From the NCBI GenBank assembly GCA_027339965.1, contig DAHWNL010000078.1:128001-192000 (forward strand): a DNA stretch of 64,000 nt, read 5' to 3'. Positions 18,451-28,926 of this stretch are shown here, in pieces (position 1 is the first letter of the stretch; every line of letters starts with the position of its first letter). The stretch comes from Granulicella sp. (lineage in GTDB: Bacteria > Acidobacteriota > Terriglobia > Terriglobales > Acidobacteriaceae). A model generated the notes under the pieces. That model saw only the letters and a program-made list of their open reading frames with translations, was not told the DNA's origin and did not search any database. The translations under genes were made by a program, and so were the position numbers.

Positions 18451-19181
18451 ATCTCAGTCGACGTCAATTTCTCGTGCTGGTGCCAGCCACGGCTGTCGCA
18501 TGGCAGTATGTGCTTGCCGGCACCCCCCGGGATGCCCCTAACTACCAGCTCGCCGACCACTGGTGGGGCATGTTGCTTGATATCACCAAGTGCATCGGCT
18601 GCGGAAACTGCGTCCGCGCCTGCCAGGCAGAGAACGATGTCCCTGACGGATACTTTCGCACCTGGGTCGAACGCTACCTCAGAACCGATTGGAATCTGAC
18701 CACCCCGGAGGTCATCTCTCCCGACGGCGGCAAAGAAGGCTTCCCGACCGCCGAAGAGGTCAAGGATGGCATGTACTTCTTCGTTCCCAAGATGTGCAAC
18801 CACTGCGCCGACTCTCCCTGTACCCAGGTCTGTCCCGTAGGAGCCACCTTCATCACCCCGGACGGCGTCGTCCTCATCGACCAGACCTACTGCCTTGGCT
18901 GCGCCTACTGCGTGCAGGCCTGCCCCTATGGGTGCCGCTATATTCACCCTACAAGACACGTCGCCGACAAGTGCACGCTCTGCTATCACCGCATCACCAA
19001 GGGCCTTACCACGGCCTGCTGTGAGAACTGCCCCACCGGGGCGCGTCAACTGGTCGATCTCAAAAACCCCAATGATCCCATCCATGCCTTTTTGAAGACG
19101 CATGACGTGCATGTCCTCAAGCCGGAGATGGCAACGGGAGCAAAGGCCTTTTACAACGGTTTGGATGGCTCGGTGCGATAA
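18447..19181 (+). CDS. Tat-exported 4Fe-4S dicluster protein (NrfC/PsrB/DsrO-like)
   Basis: SRRQFL Tat motif; CIGCGNCVRAC, CNHCADSPCTQVCP, CLGCAYCVQACP and KCTLCYHR...C..CP. Confidence 0.92.
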   Translation: MNLSRRQFLVLVPATAVAWQYVLAGTPRDAPNYQLADHWWGMLLDITKCIGCGNCVRACQAENDVPDGYFRTWVERYLRTDWNLTTPEVISPDGGKEGFPTAEEVKDGMYFFVPKMCNHCADSPCTQVCPVGATFITPDGVVLIDQTYCLGCAYCVQACPYGCRYIHPTRHVADKCTLCYHRITKGLTTACCENCPTGARQLVDLKNPNDPIHAFLKTHDVHVLKPEMATGAKAFYNGLDGSVR

Positions 19182-19199
19182 AAGGAGGAACGGACCATT

Positions 19200-20390
19200 A
19201 TGGGCGGCGTCGAAGGCTACATGTATCCCAATGAGATCAATCTGTACTGGAGCGTCCTGATCGTCGTGTACCCCTACGTCACGGGACTGGTCGCAGGCGC
19301 CTTCATTCTGGCATCCCTGGTCCGCATCTTCAACGTGAAAGAGGTCGCCCCGACCTATCGGCTCGCTCTCTTGACCGCCTTGGCGTTCCTCATTGTGGCG
19401 CCCTTGCCGTTGCTGCTCCACCTCGGTCATCCCGAGCGCTGTTTTGAGATGTACTTCACCCCCCATGACACCTCGGCCATGGCCATGTTTGGCTACGTCT
19501 ATATCTGGTACCTAATGGCTGTGCTGTTGTTCGAGATCTGGCTTGACTTCCGCCATGACATCATCCTCACCGCCCGCTCCTCAAAGGGCCTCAAGCGAGC
19601 CTTCTATGTCCTGCTGAGTCTGGGCTCGAATAACACCAGCGAGCACTCTCTCGCCGTCGATGAACGTGCCGGATGGATCGTCACTCTGATTGGCATTCCT
19701 TCCGCCTTCCTTCTCCACGGATACGTTGGCTTCATCTTCGGTTCCATCAAAGCCAATCCGTGGTGGAGTTCACCCCTCATGCCGGTGGTCTTCATCTTCT
19801 CCGCCATGGTCTCCGGCATCGCTCTGGTGCTGCTGGTCTATATGTTCACCACACGTGCGCGCCATCGCGAAATCGACATGCCCTGCGTGGACACCATCGC
19901 CAGGTATCTCCTCTATATCTTCATCATCGACTTTGTCATGGAGATGCTCGACCTGGTCCATCGCATCTATGTCGCCGACGAGAGCTTCCGTTCCATCAAC
20001 TTTATGGTCCACACCAAACTCTACTTCTCCCAGATTGTCCTTCAGATCTACATCGGAACCCTGGTACCGCTGATCCTCCTGGGCATCGTTCAGGTGACCA
20101 GACTCTCCCCATCCCTGCGCAAGGCCATCTATGCCCTTTCGGCTGCACTGATCGAGATCGCAGTGGTCTCCATGCGCTGGAATGTGGTCATCGGCGGGCA
20201 GCTCTTCTCCAAAAGCTTCCTCGGATATACCACCTACAAGATCGGCCTGATTACTCACGAAGGGCTGTTCATGGCCGTCTTCCTCACCCTGCTCCCGCTG
20301 GCCTTCCTGTGGGTCCTGGTCAAGATACTTCCCCCTTGGCCGGAGCTCAAGCGGGGTATGAATCGCGTCGCAAGTGTAACCATGCCATAA
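19200..20390 (+). CDS. NrfD/PsrC-family integral membrane quinol oxidoreductase subunit
   Basis: WSVLIVVYPYVTGLVAG, HLGHPER, TSAMA, YVGFIFG...NPWW and MRWNVVIGGQ motifs; multiple TM helices. Confidence 0.9.
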   Translation: MGGVEGYMYPNEINLYWSVLIVVYPYVTGLVAGAFILASLVRIFNVKEVAPTYRLALLTALAFLIVAPLPLLLHLGHPERCFEMYFTPHDTSAMAMFGYVYIWYLMAVLLFEIWLDFRHDIILTARSSKGLKRAFYVLLSLGSNNTSEHSLAVDERAGWIVTLIGIPSAFLLHGYVGFIFGSIKANPWWSSPLMPVVFIFSAMVSGIALVLLVYMFTTRARHREIDMPCVDTIARYLLYIFIIDFVMEMLDLVHRIYVADESFRSINFMVHTKLYFSQIVLQIYIGTLVPLILLGIVQVTRLSPSLRKAIYALSAALIEIAVVSMRWNVVIGGQLFSKSFLGYTTYKIGLITHEGLFMAVFLTLLPLAFLWVLVKILPPWPELKRGMNRVASVTMP

Positions 20391-20429
20391 CTGCGCCCGA
20401 CTGAGACCATCCCGGGTGAAGGGGGGACC

Positions 20430-22181
20430 ATGAACGAAGACCCCTTAAACGAGGTCGAGCAGTTGAGCCAACGCCTGGACGCTCGATTGCGTGCATTGGA
20501 GAGGCGGGTTGATCAGCTGGAGCGCCGGCAGGAAAGATCCTCGTCTCCACGAAACCCTTCGCTCGCTCATGCCCTGGAGCCCAGTGCCGAACCCACAATA
20601 CCGTCTCTGCCCGGCACGGGTGGAACCCTCCCGATTCTTGGCAGAGCAGTACTTGGGATCGCGGGTGCTTACCTTCTCCGCGCCATGGCTCAGCTGGCTT
20701 CGCCCCTACATTTCGCGGTTCTTGCACTGGCCATCGTCTATGCCATGAGCTGGCTGGCGCTGGCCGGCAGAGTTCGTCATGCGGCGTGGTTTGCGCGCCC
20801 CACCTATGCTCTCACCTCGGCCCTGATTCTCATTCCCATGCTGTGGGAGATGACGCTTCGCTTCCAGATGTTCAGCCCGGTCACCAGCGCCTGCGTTCTT
20901 GGAGCCTTCGCGCTGGAGGGATTGGTTCTTACCTGGAGGTGTTACAGTGCGACCGTGCTCTGGTTGGCCTATAGCGCTTCCCTGGCGGGATCCATCGCAC
21001 TCATGTTCGCGGCTCATCGGGTGATGCCATTTGGATGGGTGGTGCTCGGAGTTGCCTTGGCGAGCGAGATCGCCCAAAGCATGGGCCATAGGCTGCGGGG
21101 ACGTCTCCTCTCCGCGATTGCCATCGACTTAATCATCAGCTTTTTGATCTACGTCTACTCCATGCCGGAGAACGCTCGCCCAGCTTACCCCGATGCATCG
21201 ATCCCTCTTCTGGTCGCGTTGGCCTCCATTCCGTTCTTTCTCTATCTTGGCAGCTACTCTATCCAAACCCTATCCAACACGCGAACCATCACGGTCTTTG
21301 AGATGGCTCAGATCGTGCTCACATTCTTCTTTGCCTGCTACGGTTCCATGGTGCTCAGCTCCGGGCGCTACAAGGTTGCCATTGGAGCCATCTGCATTGC
21401 ATTGGCTGCCGCGGGCTATGGCATTGCCCCATGGCGCTTGGGCGATCAAAACCACCCGCGCAACCTTCGCGCCTACACCACCGCAAGCACAGCCTGGATG
21501 CTTCTCGGTTGCTCCCTTGCGCTTCCCCATGCATGGTTGGCGCCGGTACTGGGTCTGGCAGCCTTCATCGTAACCTTGGTAGGAGGGTGCCGGTCAGAGC
21601 CTATTCTGCTGGCCCAGGGCGGAGCCCTTCTGCTGGCGGCTTCGTTCTTCTCAGGGCTCCTAGAATTCTGCTTGCATGCTCTATCCGGGACGCACCCCTT
21701 AGCGCCTCCATGGATCATCTTGCTCGTTCTGGCTTTCGCTATGCTTGCCTATGCAGCCGGAGCCCGCAGTCCGCAGGGACAGACCGAGGTAGAGATCGCA
21801 CAACTCGCTTCAGCGTCTCTGATCAGCGCAACCGCGGCGTCCTTCGCAACATTTTTCATCGAGACGGCTATCGCGCATCGCGGAGGCCTGAAACTGCTCT
21901 ATACCGGAGGCTTGCTGGAGTTCCTTCAAACGCTGATGCTGTGCGCTCTTTCTCTGTGCCTGGCGGCAATCGGACCGCGCTGGAACAAGAACATACTGAC
22001 TTGGCTGGCCTACACAACGCTCGTGATGACCGCTGCTAAAATCCTTCTTGAGGACGCGCTCCACGGGCATCTGGTGTTCATCGCCGCTTCTTTCATTCTC
22101 TATGCTGCCACCTTGATGCTCCTGCCGCGTCTCTCCCGTCCTCGCCGCAAGGGACCGGCTCTGATCTCAAAGCTCCTTTGA
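20430..22181 (+). CDS. Polytopic membrane protein (DUF2339-like)
   Basis: N-terminal coiled coil (RLRALERRVDQLE) then many hydrophobic helices. Confidence 0.65.
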   Translation: MNEDPLNEVEQLSQRLDARLRALERRVDQLERRQERSSSPRNPSLAHALEPSAEPTIPSLPGTGGTLPILGRAVLGIAGAYLLRAMAQLASPLHFAVLALAIVYAMSWLALAGRVRHAAWFARPTYALTSALILIPMLWEMTLRFQMFSPVTSACVLGAFALEGLVLTWRCYSATVLWLAYSASLAGSIALMFAAHRVMPFGWVVLGVALASEIAQSMGHRLRGRLLSAIAIDLIISFLIYVYSMPENARPAYPDASIPLLVALASIPFFLYLGSYSIQTLSNTRTITVFEMAQIVLTFFFACYGSMVLSSGRYKVAIGAICIALAAAGYGIAPWRLGDQNHPRNLRAYTTASTAWMLLGCSLALPHAWLAPVLGLAAFIVTLVGGCRSEPILLAQGGALLLAASFFSGLLEFCLHALSGTHPLAPPWIILLVLAFAMLAYAAGARSPQGQTEVEIAQLASASLISATAASFATFFIETAIAHRGGLKLLYTGGLLEFLQTLMLCALSLCLAAIGPRWNKNILTWLAYTTLVMTAAKILLEDALHGHLVFIAASFILYAATLMLLPRLSRPRRKGPALISKLL

Positions 22182-22260
22182 CAATGTTACTGAAGCGCTG
22201 GAATCCGGCCCCTAAAGCTTCCCAACCCGCTGCGTTGCTCCCCTGACACTACTACAGGAT

Positions 22261-22328
22261 CTGCCGCGCCCCGCCCGGCGCCTGATCCAGAGCCGCAGGA
22301 TCGGCGCCAAACGGACGGCAGCTTTTTG
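22261..22328. terminator. Possible terminator between convergent genes
   Basis: GGCGCC-TGATCC...GGATC-GGCGCC hairpin inside CTGCCG...CGGCAG, followed by TTTTT. Confidence 0.35.
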
Positions 22329-23123
22329 TCATTGGTTGGAGGTTGAGCCGGATGGCGTCGAGGATTGGGGAGTGGTACTGCTTGAGGCCGACGGGGCCTG
22401 ACCCGACGCGCCGCCCGGAGCCACGGAAGAGGATGGGGCCGAGGATGAGGATGGCGTTGAGGATGACGAAGAAGTCGAGGATGATGGGAGGGGAGCGATG
22501 ATCACATCCTGCACTTCAGGCTGGATCGTAGCTGACCCACAGTCCGAATTGTTGCCTGCAGCGTCAAACCGGCAGCCGTAGAGGCCTTCGGTGGGAACTC
22601 CGCAGTCTCCTGCATTCAGCTCCGAGACCCACCAGCCTGAACCAACTGGGCGCTTGCGCGTGTTGCCCTTGGCGTAGATCGCCATCAGAGTGGAACCGGA
22701 GGCTGACTGGCCATTGCCACAGCTAAAGGTCCGATCGTTGCTTATATAGAGAACCTTGCTGTGATTGTCCCAGGCCTCATTGACCAGCACCGGGTTCCCG
22801 GAGTTATCCACATCCAACTGCTCGGCCCAGAAGGAACGGTCATGCGGGCTTCCTTTGAAGTGAACAGCAGCTTTTCCCTTGCCGAAGTCTTTGGTCGCGG
22901 CTTTTTTGACAGCTTTCGGTCCGGGCTTTGGGGCAGCCGCCTTGGCTTGGATCGGCGGAGTGACATGAATATTCGGCACGGACGGAGCAGGTTGCGGAGC
23001 CGGTTGGGTGACGGGTTGATTCGCAGCTACTTCGGGCTTTGGAGACTGCTTACAGGCAACGGCTATACATGCCAACGCGGTAGCCATGAAGATGGCGCCA
23101 GTACGGAAGAACCTAACGTTCAT
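22329..23123 (-). CDS. Hypothetical lipoprotein
   Basis: Lipobox AVAC, Pro/Lys-rich linker, Cys-containing globular domain, Ser-rich tail. Confidence 0.7.
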   Translation of the reverse strand: MNVRFFRTGAIFMATALACIAVACKQSPKPEVAANQPVTQPAPQPAPSVPNIHVTPPIQAKAAAPKPGPKAVKKAATKDFGKGKAAVHFKGSPHDRSFWAEQLDVDNSGNPVLVNEAWDNHSKVLYISNDRTFSCGNGQSASGSTLMAIYAKGNTRKRPVGSGWWVSELNAGDCGVPTEGLYGCRFDAAGNNSDCGSATIQPEVQDVIIAPLPSSSTSSSSSTPSSSSAPSSSVAPGGASGQAPSASSSTTPQSSTPSGSTSNQ

Positions 23124-23289
23124 ATCGATCCTTTCTTTTGCAAAGAACTTGTAATTTCAATACAACGGAAGATTGTACGCCGGCAGTTGGTTCGGGAAAA
23201 TATGCGCTTCGAAAGTCTGGTTCCTTGGACTCCGCCATCCCTCGCAAGCATCAAGGTAGCGCCACCGGTGGATAGCCATAATCCCCTCC

Positions 23290-25803
23290 TCAGCGGTACC
23301 AGAGAATCTGCTTGGCCTCGAGCGGGATGGTTGCCTCCGGATGGTAGGCAATCACGCGCGGAGTAAAGTCCCCCGCAGGCCGGAGAGCAGGCACGGATGC
23401 CGTGAAGCACGGGCTTCCTTTGTCTTTGCATGGATCTTCCAACGTCATGGTGATCGGAGACGGATCGCTCCCCTCGAGCGGTTCGGCGTACAGTTGCACT
23501 CTGACCGATTTGGGGCTGAGATCACCCAGGTAGACCTGGGCACGGACGTGGTGATGATCCCCTTGCGTCTCCACGTCAACCGATAGGAAGCGAACTTTAG
23601 GCCATTCCTCGGACAGTTGTCGCTGCCAGCGGAGCAGGCCTGCCGCAGTTTTGGACCCGGATCTGCTTCGACGCATATAGCTTGCCGCCAAAGGAGCATA
23701 GTACTTTGTGGTGTACTCCTGCACGCAGCGGGTCGCGGAAAAGGCCGGCGTCAGGCGCGCCATGCTTTCCCGCACCCGATTGATCCATGCGATGGGCAAG
23801 CCCTCTTCATTCCGGTCGTAAAACTCTGGAATCACCCGCTGTTCAAGGAGCGTATAGAGTTGTTGGGCTTCGGCGGCATCCCAGGCCGGATCGTCTCCGT
23901 GATCCAGCCCATCGCCCAATGCCCAGCCCAGGCCAGGCTGATAGGCCTCCGCCCACCAGCCGTCAAGTACTGAGAGGTTTAAACCGCCGTTGACAAGAAC
24001 CTTCATACCGCTGGTGCCGCAAGCTTCCCATGGACGACGTGGCGTATTCAACCAAACATCGACGCCATGCACCAGATGCTCCGTCAGACGCATATCGTAG
24101 TCACTCAAAAAGACTACCTTCGGCCGAGCTGCGGTGTGACGAATAAACTGGATCCACTGGCGGATCATCTCCTGGCCCGCGGTATCCTGGGGATGAGCCT
24201 TGCCGGCGAGGACCAGCTGCACAGGGCGATCCTTGTTGGTCAGGATCGACAAGAGACGATCCTGATCCATCAGCAGCAGGTTGGGCCGTTTATAAGTGGC
24301 AAAGCGCCTTGCAAATCCCAGAGTGAGCGTATCCGGATCAAAGATGGTCTCCATCTCTTTCACTTCATCCGCCGAGGCGCCATAGGACGCGGTCTGCCGC
24401 GCCAGCCGCTTGCGAACCACCTGGACGAGCGACTTCCTGGAAGCTGCGCGCATCTGCCAAAGCCGCGCGCTGGGGATACGGCGGATCTGCTCTTCGATCT
24501 GTTGCAAATCGCCGTCCCAACGTTGTCCTCCACAAGCTTCTGTCCACAGATTGTCTGATTCCGTAGAGTCCCAGATGGGCACGTGAACTCCGTTGGTGAC
24601 CGAACCAATGGGCACCTCGGGCTCTGGCCAGCGCGGGAAGATGTCCTGAAAGAGTTGGCGGCTTACTTGACCATGCAGACGGCTGACGCCGTTCACGGCT
24701 CCGCTGCCGCGCATCGCCAGCAGTGCCATGCTGAACGGTTCACGGGGATCATCAGGATTTTTACGTCCAAGAGCAAGGAAGTCATGCATGGAGATGCGCA
24801 AGGCATCCTGCACATAGTGCCGGAAGTGGTTCTCCACCAGCTCCGGGGCAAATCGATCAAAGCCGGCGGCTACCGCGGTATGAGTTGTAAAAAGATTACC
24901 GACGCGGGTGAGGGTCAAGGCGGCTTCAAAGGAAACGCCCTGCTCTTCCATATACTCCCTGGCGCGCTCGATGATTGCAAAAGCGGCATGCCCCTCGTTG
25001 AGATGGCAAATCTCGGGCCGCAGTCCCAACTCTCGCAGCAGCCGCCACCCGCAGATGCCAAGAATCAGTTCCTGCTGAATTCGCAGTTCAGGCCCTCCGC
25101 CGTAGAGTTCGCTGGCTATACCCCGATACTCCGGCAGATTGGCCGGATCATTCGTGTCGAGCAAATAGAGCGTTGTCCGTCCTACATCGGCCTGCCACAC
25201 CCTCACCCATAGTTGAAAACCGGGTAGCTGGAGGCTGATCCTCAACCATCCGCCATTGGCCCTGCGAACGGGCCGGATGGGGAGCTGGCCAGGATTGTTG
25301 AACGGATATAGCGCTTCTTGCCGGCCGTCGGCGTCGATCCGTTGCCGGAAGTAGCCCACCTGGTAGAGCAGGCCAACGGCAACCACCGGGACGCCAAGAT
25401 CGCTGGCGGCCTTGAGTTGGTCGCCGGCAACGTTGCCAAGGCCACCGGAGTAGATAGGCAGCGCGTCGTTCAGCATGTATTCCATGCTGAAATAAGCCAC
25501 GGAAGTGAATGGACTCTTGGTATAAGCTCGTTCAAACCAACTTTTGATCTCTTCGCGCCGTTCCTTTCGCTGATAGATCTCATCCAGAGCCTTCCTGAAC
25601 TGGGCGTCGGAGGAGAGCGATGCCAGTCGCTCTTCGGAAACGGTTTGCAGCATGGCACACGGGTTCCGCGTCAGTTCCCAAAGTTCCGGGTCCAACTGGC
25701 TCCAGAGACTGTCTGCGGCGTGGTTCCAGGACCAACGCATGTTGACGGAGAGTTCCGTCAGGGCGTCTCTCACAGAGTTGGCGGAGAAAAAATCGGCTTC
25801 CAT
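23290..25803 (-). CDS. glgP: Alpha-glucan family phosphorylase
   Basis: VAYFSMEY...[28 protein letters not shown] and EACGTSGMK (PLP lysine). Confidence 0.95.
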   Translation of the reverse strand: MEADFFSANSVRDALTELSVNMRWSWNHAADSLWSQLDPELWELTRNPCAMLQTVSEERLASLSSDAQFRKALDEIYQRKERREEIKSWFERAYTKSPFTSVAYFSMEYMLNDALPIYSGGLGNVAGDQLKAASDLGVPVVAVGLLYQVGYFRQRIDADGRQEALYPFNNPGQLPIRPVRRANGGWLRISLQLPGFQLWVRVWQADVGRTTLYLLDTNDPANLPEYRGIASELYGGGPELRIQQELILGICGWRLLRELGLRPEICHLNEGHAAFAIIERAREYMEEQGVSFEAALTLTRVGNLFTTHTAVAAGFDRFAPELVENHFRHYVQDALRISMHDFLALGRKNPDDPREPFSMALLAMRGSGAVNGVSRLHGQVSRQLFQDIFPRWPEPEVPIGSVTNGVHVPIWDSTESDNLWTEACGGQRWDGDLQQIEEQIRRIPSARLWQMRAASRKSLVQVVRKRLARQTASYGASADEVKEMETIFDPDTLTLGFARRFATYKRPNLLLMDQDRLLSILTNKDRPVQLVLAGKAHPQDTAGQEMIRQWIQFIRHTAARPKVVFLSDYDMRLTEHLVHGVDVWLNTPRRPWEACGTSGMKVLVNGGLNLSVLDGWWAEAYQPGLGWALGDGLDHGDDPAWDAAEAQQLYTLLEQRVIPEFYDRNEEGLPIAWINRVRESMARLTPAFSATRCVQEYTTKYYAPLAASYMRRSRSGSKTAAGLLRWQRQLSEEWPKVRFLSVDVETQGDHHHVRAQVYLGDLSPKSVRVQLYAEPLEGSDPSPITMTLEDPCKDKGSPCFTASVPALRPAGDFTPRVIAYHPEATIPLEAKQILWYR

Positions 25804-26708
25804 TCAAGATCCCTAGCCGGAAAAAGGCATCATGAAGAATGTATCTTCTCTTTTTAGGACGCAGCACAGCCGGGGTGGTTGCTCGACCACCCCAAAAATC
25901 TTCTCCGTCCGGGCAACCAGCGGATTCGATTGGCGTCTATAACCTTTAGAAGGACCGCAGGCGGCCTCCGGTAAGAGACTCCCTTCTGTTCTGGCTCTGT
26001 TTTTCCTCGCTGGGTGGTCCGATTGGTGTCATGGGCACGGCAAAATCTCACGGCCCTCATCACTAGGGCGGACCTAGATGCAGGCGGGGTGGAGACAAGC
26101 ACGGCAAGCGGTGAGGTGATGTTCATGATGGAAGAGGGGCTAAGGTGGCAGAGCAGGCCATCCGCGATCTTGCCCGGCGTTCCAGTGCCTGAAGAACCAA
26201 AGCGAATCAGTGCTACCCGGCAGCTCCTGCCACGCAGGAATCGCTATCAAAAGGAGCCTGAAGGCTCCGAGCAAAAGCCTCGCTCGCCGGCTTTGGCCGG
26301 CCCGCCCGGCGGGCATCTCTCCTGGGCCACGATGATCGGGCATCAAGATGTGAGTTTTCCTACGCTCATCTCTTCTGCCGAGTCCAAGCCTCTGCTCAGC
26401 AGAACGGTCTTGCCAGAGAAGCGCCGACGACGAAAGCCGTATAGCCGATTTGGTCCCGGCAGGGCCCCTAACGTCATCTGCATGGCTCTGATCTCCGTTC
26501 CATGGACGCCCCAGATGCCGTTAGGCCGCCTCGGCAACGCTCAGCCGCAACGGGGCCCAGTCAGGTCAGCAATTGGCTTTGCATCCAACACCACTTTTTG
26601 CTTACGCAACAAGTGCAACTGACATCCCGCCTCTTGCGGAGGTATTTGGCTCGAGGTCGAACCTTTTGTGACACAAACCTCAGGAACACGAAAAGGAGAG
26701 TTCCTCTT

Positions 26709-27272
26709 ATGAAGAAATTGTGCCGTTTGATGGCGGTGGCTGCGTGCTCCGCTGTTTTTTTGCTGCCCATGGCATCTGCTGACAGCATCAAGGTCGACTA
26801 CAACCACCATACAAACTTTGCCAACTATCACACCTATTCGTGGGGCAAGGTGGTGGTTACGGATCCACTGGTGGCGTCACGTATCAAGCGAGTGGTCAAC
26901 GCTGACTTGCAGAAAGAAGGCTGGAAGGAAGTTCCCTCGGGTGGTCAGGTCACCATCATGGCGCATGACAACATCCACAATGAACAGGAGGAAGAGACCT
27001 TCTACAGTGGCATGGGCGGCGGCATGGGCGGCTGGGGCTGGGGCGGCTGGGGTATGGGTCCGGGTGGCGGCCTGGGCGAAGAAGACACCACGACGGAAAA
27101 TATTCGCGTAGCGCACCTTGTGATCGACGTGTTCCATACCCAGTCCAAGCATCTGCTATGGCGCGGCGTATCACGCGGTGAGTTGTCAGGAAAGCCGGCT
27201 GACAACAGAAAGCGCTTGTTCGAGGACATCGATAAGATGTTCAAAAACTTCCCTCCGAAACAGAAGCACTAA
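26709..27272 (+). CDS. DUF4136-domain secreted protein, copy 1
   Basis: Signal peptide; KVDYNHHTNFANYHTYSW, Gly/Trp-rich loop, LVID...LLWRG and KMFKNFPP. RBS AAGGAG. Confidence 0.8.
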   Translation: MKKLCRLMAVAACSAVFLLPMASADSIKVDYNHHTNFANYHTYSWGKVVVTDPLVASRIKRVVNADLQKEGWKEVPSGGQVTIMAHDNIHNEQEEETFYSGMGGGMGGWGWGGWGMGPGGGLGEEDTTTENIRVAHLVIDVFHTQSKHLLWRGVSRGELSGKPADNRKRLFEDIDKMFKNFPPKQKH

Positions 27273-28083
27273 TCGCAGGTTGAATTGACGCCGGCTACGG
27301 GCCGGCGAAAGTAGCGCACAGCGCGATGCCCTTGTAAACTTGACCCGAGGATTGGTGCAGCCAGTGAATTTCGGGCCGGTTCACATGTCATCGCACTGTG
27401 CGCAGTTCTTTGGTAACCCTCGTGGAGATGTGTTTCACACAGACCCATATCCGACCTCCCTTTCGGGACCTCGGCTACTTGCCCCGTCTACCCTGCAGTT
27501 CCGCTGCCAGCTTACGGACCTTACGTGTCACCTGACCAGTCCGGCAGCGAGAGATCACATCTAGCCACCGCTTCTCTGTTTCGGCCAGCTCGCCGTATCG
27601 CTGGCCCATAGCGGCGATAAGGATAAGGATGGCATGGCTGCTCGTTGCGCGACTTCGATCAGCCCGCCCCTGGCTCCGGACGCTGGGTAATCGGCTTCGC
27701 CCGTTGGAAGAAGCGCTTGCCCGGCGCTGAGCAGGCGAAGGGGTGGTTTCCTTGCCTTTTTGCTCTTCCTTTCTTGCCGATGGTGCGCTAAGCTTGAGTC
27801 GGCAGCTCTTCTCATGAACTAGCGATGCTCTGAATTCTCTCAAACTGAGTTGAGCGGTCGTGCCACTTGCAACTAGAGAAGGAATTCTCCATGGCTTCAC
27901 CGGTTTTTGCAATGCTTCGGCGCCACTCGGACGCAGTGCATCCAACCACTCCGGGTCTTGGGCACCTGGCACTTCCGTTCGGTTGAGGGAGCAAAGTCCG
28001 GTCTGCCTCCTGGGGAGGTTTTCGGGTTGGGATCTAATGTTTCCATGAAGCACGAGCTGGGATATAGAAGAGGGGGTTGTTGT

Positions 28084-28593
28084 ATGTTGAGACTTTTGCG
28101 ATGGGTGACGGTGGTAATTTGCTTCTCGGTATGCATCTTGCCGATGGCGTCTGCTGACAACATCAAGGTTGACTATAGCCATCAGGTAGATTTTTCTCAG
28201 TTTCACACCTATTCATGGGGCCGGATGCAGGTTCCGGACTCCCTGGTTGCCGCGCGGATTCAACGCAGAGTCAACCTTGCCCTACAAGAGGCTGGGTGGC
28301 GAGAGGTTCCCAGGGGCGGCCAGGTGATCATCATGGTCCAGGACGGCATCCACACGGAGCAAGAGCAAGAAACCTTCTACGAAGGGATGCGTATGGGCGT
28401 GTCCACTACGTCAGAGTACGATTACCGGGTGGCGCATCTTGTGATCGCCATCTTCAACACGCAGTCAAGGAATTTATTGTGGCGGGGCGTATCCAGGGGC
28501 GAGTTGACGGACAATCCATCTGCGAACAGGAAGCGGTTGTTTGAAGATATCGATAAGATGTTCAAAGGCTTCCCGCCGAAGCCGAGAAGCTGA
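28084..28593 (+). CDS. DUF4136-domain secreted protein, copy 2
   Basis: Paralog of 26709-27272 (KVDYSHQVDFSQFHTYSW...LLWRGVSRGEL...KMFKGFPP). Confidence 0.8.
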   Translation: MLRLLRWVTVVICFSVCILPMASADNIKVDYSHQVDFSQFHTYSWGRMQVPDSLVAARIQRRVNLALQEAGWREVPRGGQVIIMVQDGIHTEQEQETFYEGMRMGVSTTSEYDYRVAHLVIAIFNTQSRNLLWRGVSRGELTDNPSANRKRLFEDIDKMFKGFPPKPRS

Positions 28594-28926
28594 TCGCTGT
28601 CTCGCTTCGTCGCTGATCTCTTCTCGCCGGCAAGAAATTTGGCCGGTTTGCTTCTGCTTGTTCCGCCGGGTTTGAGAAGTGCAGTAGAGCAACTCAAGCT
28701 AGCGGAACGCAAGGGGTCAGCATGCGCTCTATGCAAGCGCGCTATAGATGTTCCCTTGTGGATAGTCTTTAAGATGCGGGTTGGCTGTCACGGTTTCGTT
28801 CCACCCCGGGCAATCAAGCCTCCCGGGGATTTCGATCTTGGAGGAAACGCCCATCAACGTCAAGGCTTTGAGATAAACCTCCACAAGAAAATCCTCTCAT
28901 TGGCTTCAGATTCCACGTAGATCGGC

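Noticed and set aside
25854..26700. ORFs between glgP and the first DUF4136 gene
   Set aside because: No recognisable motifs or clear RBS; treated as intergenic.
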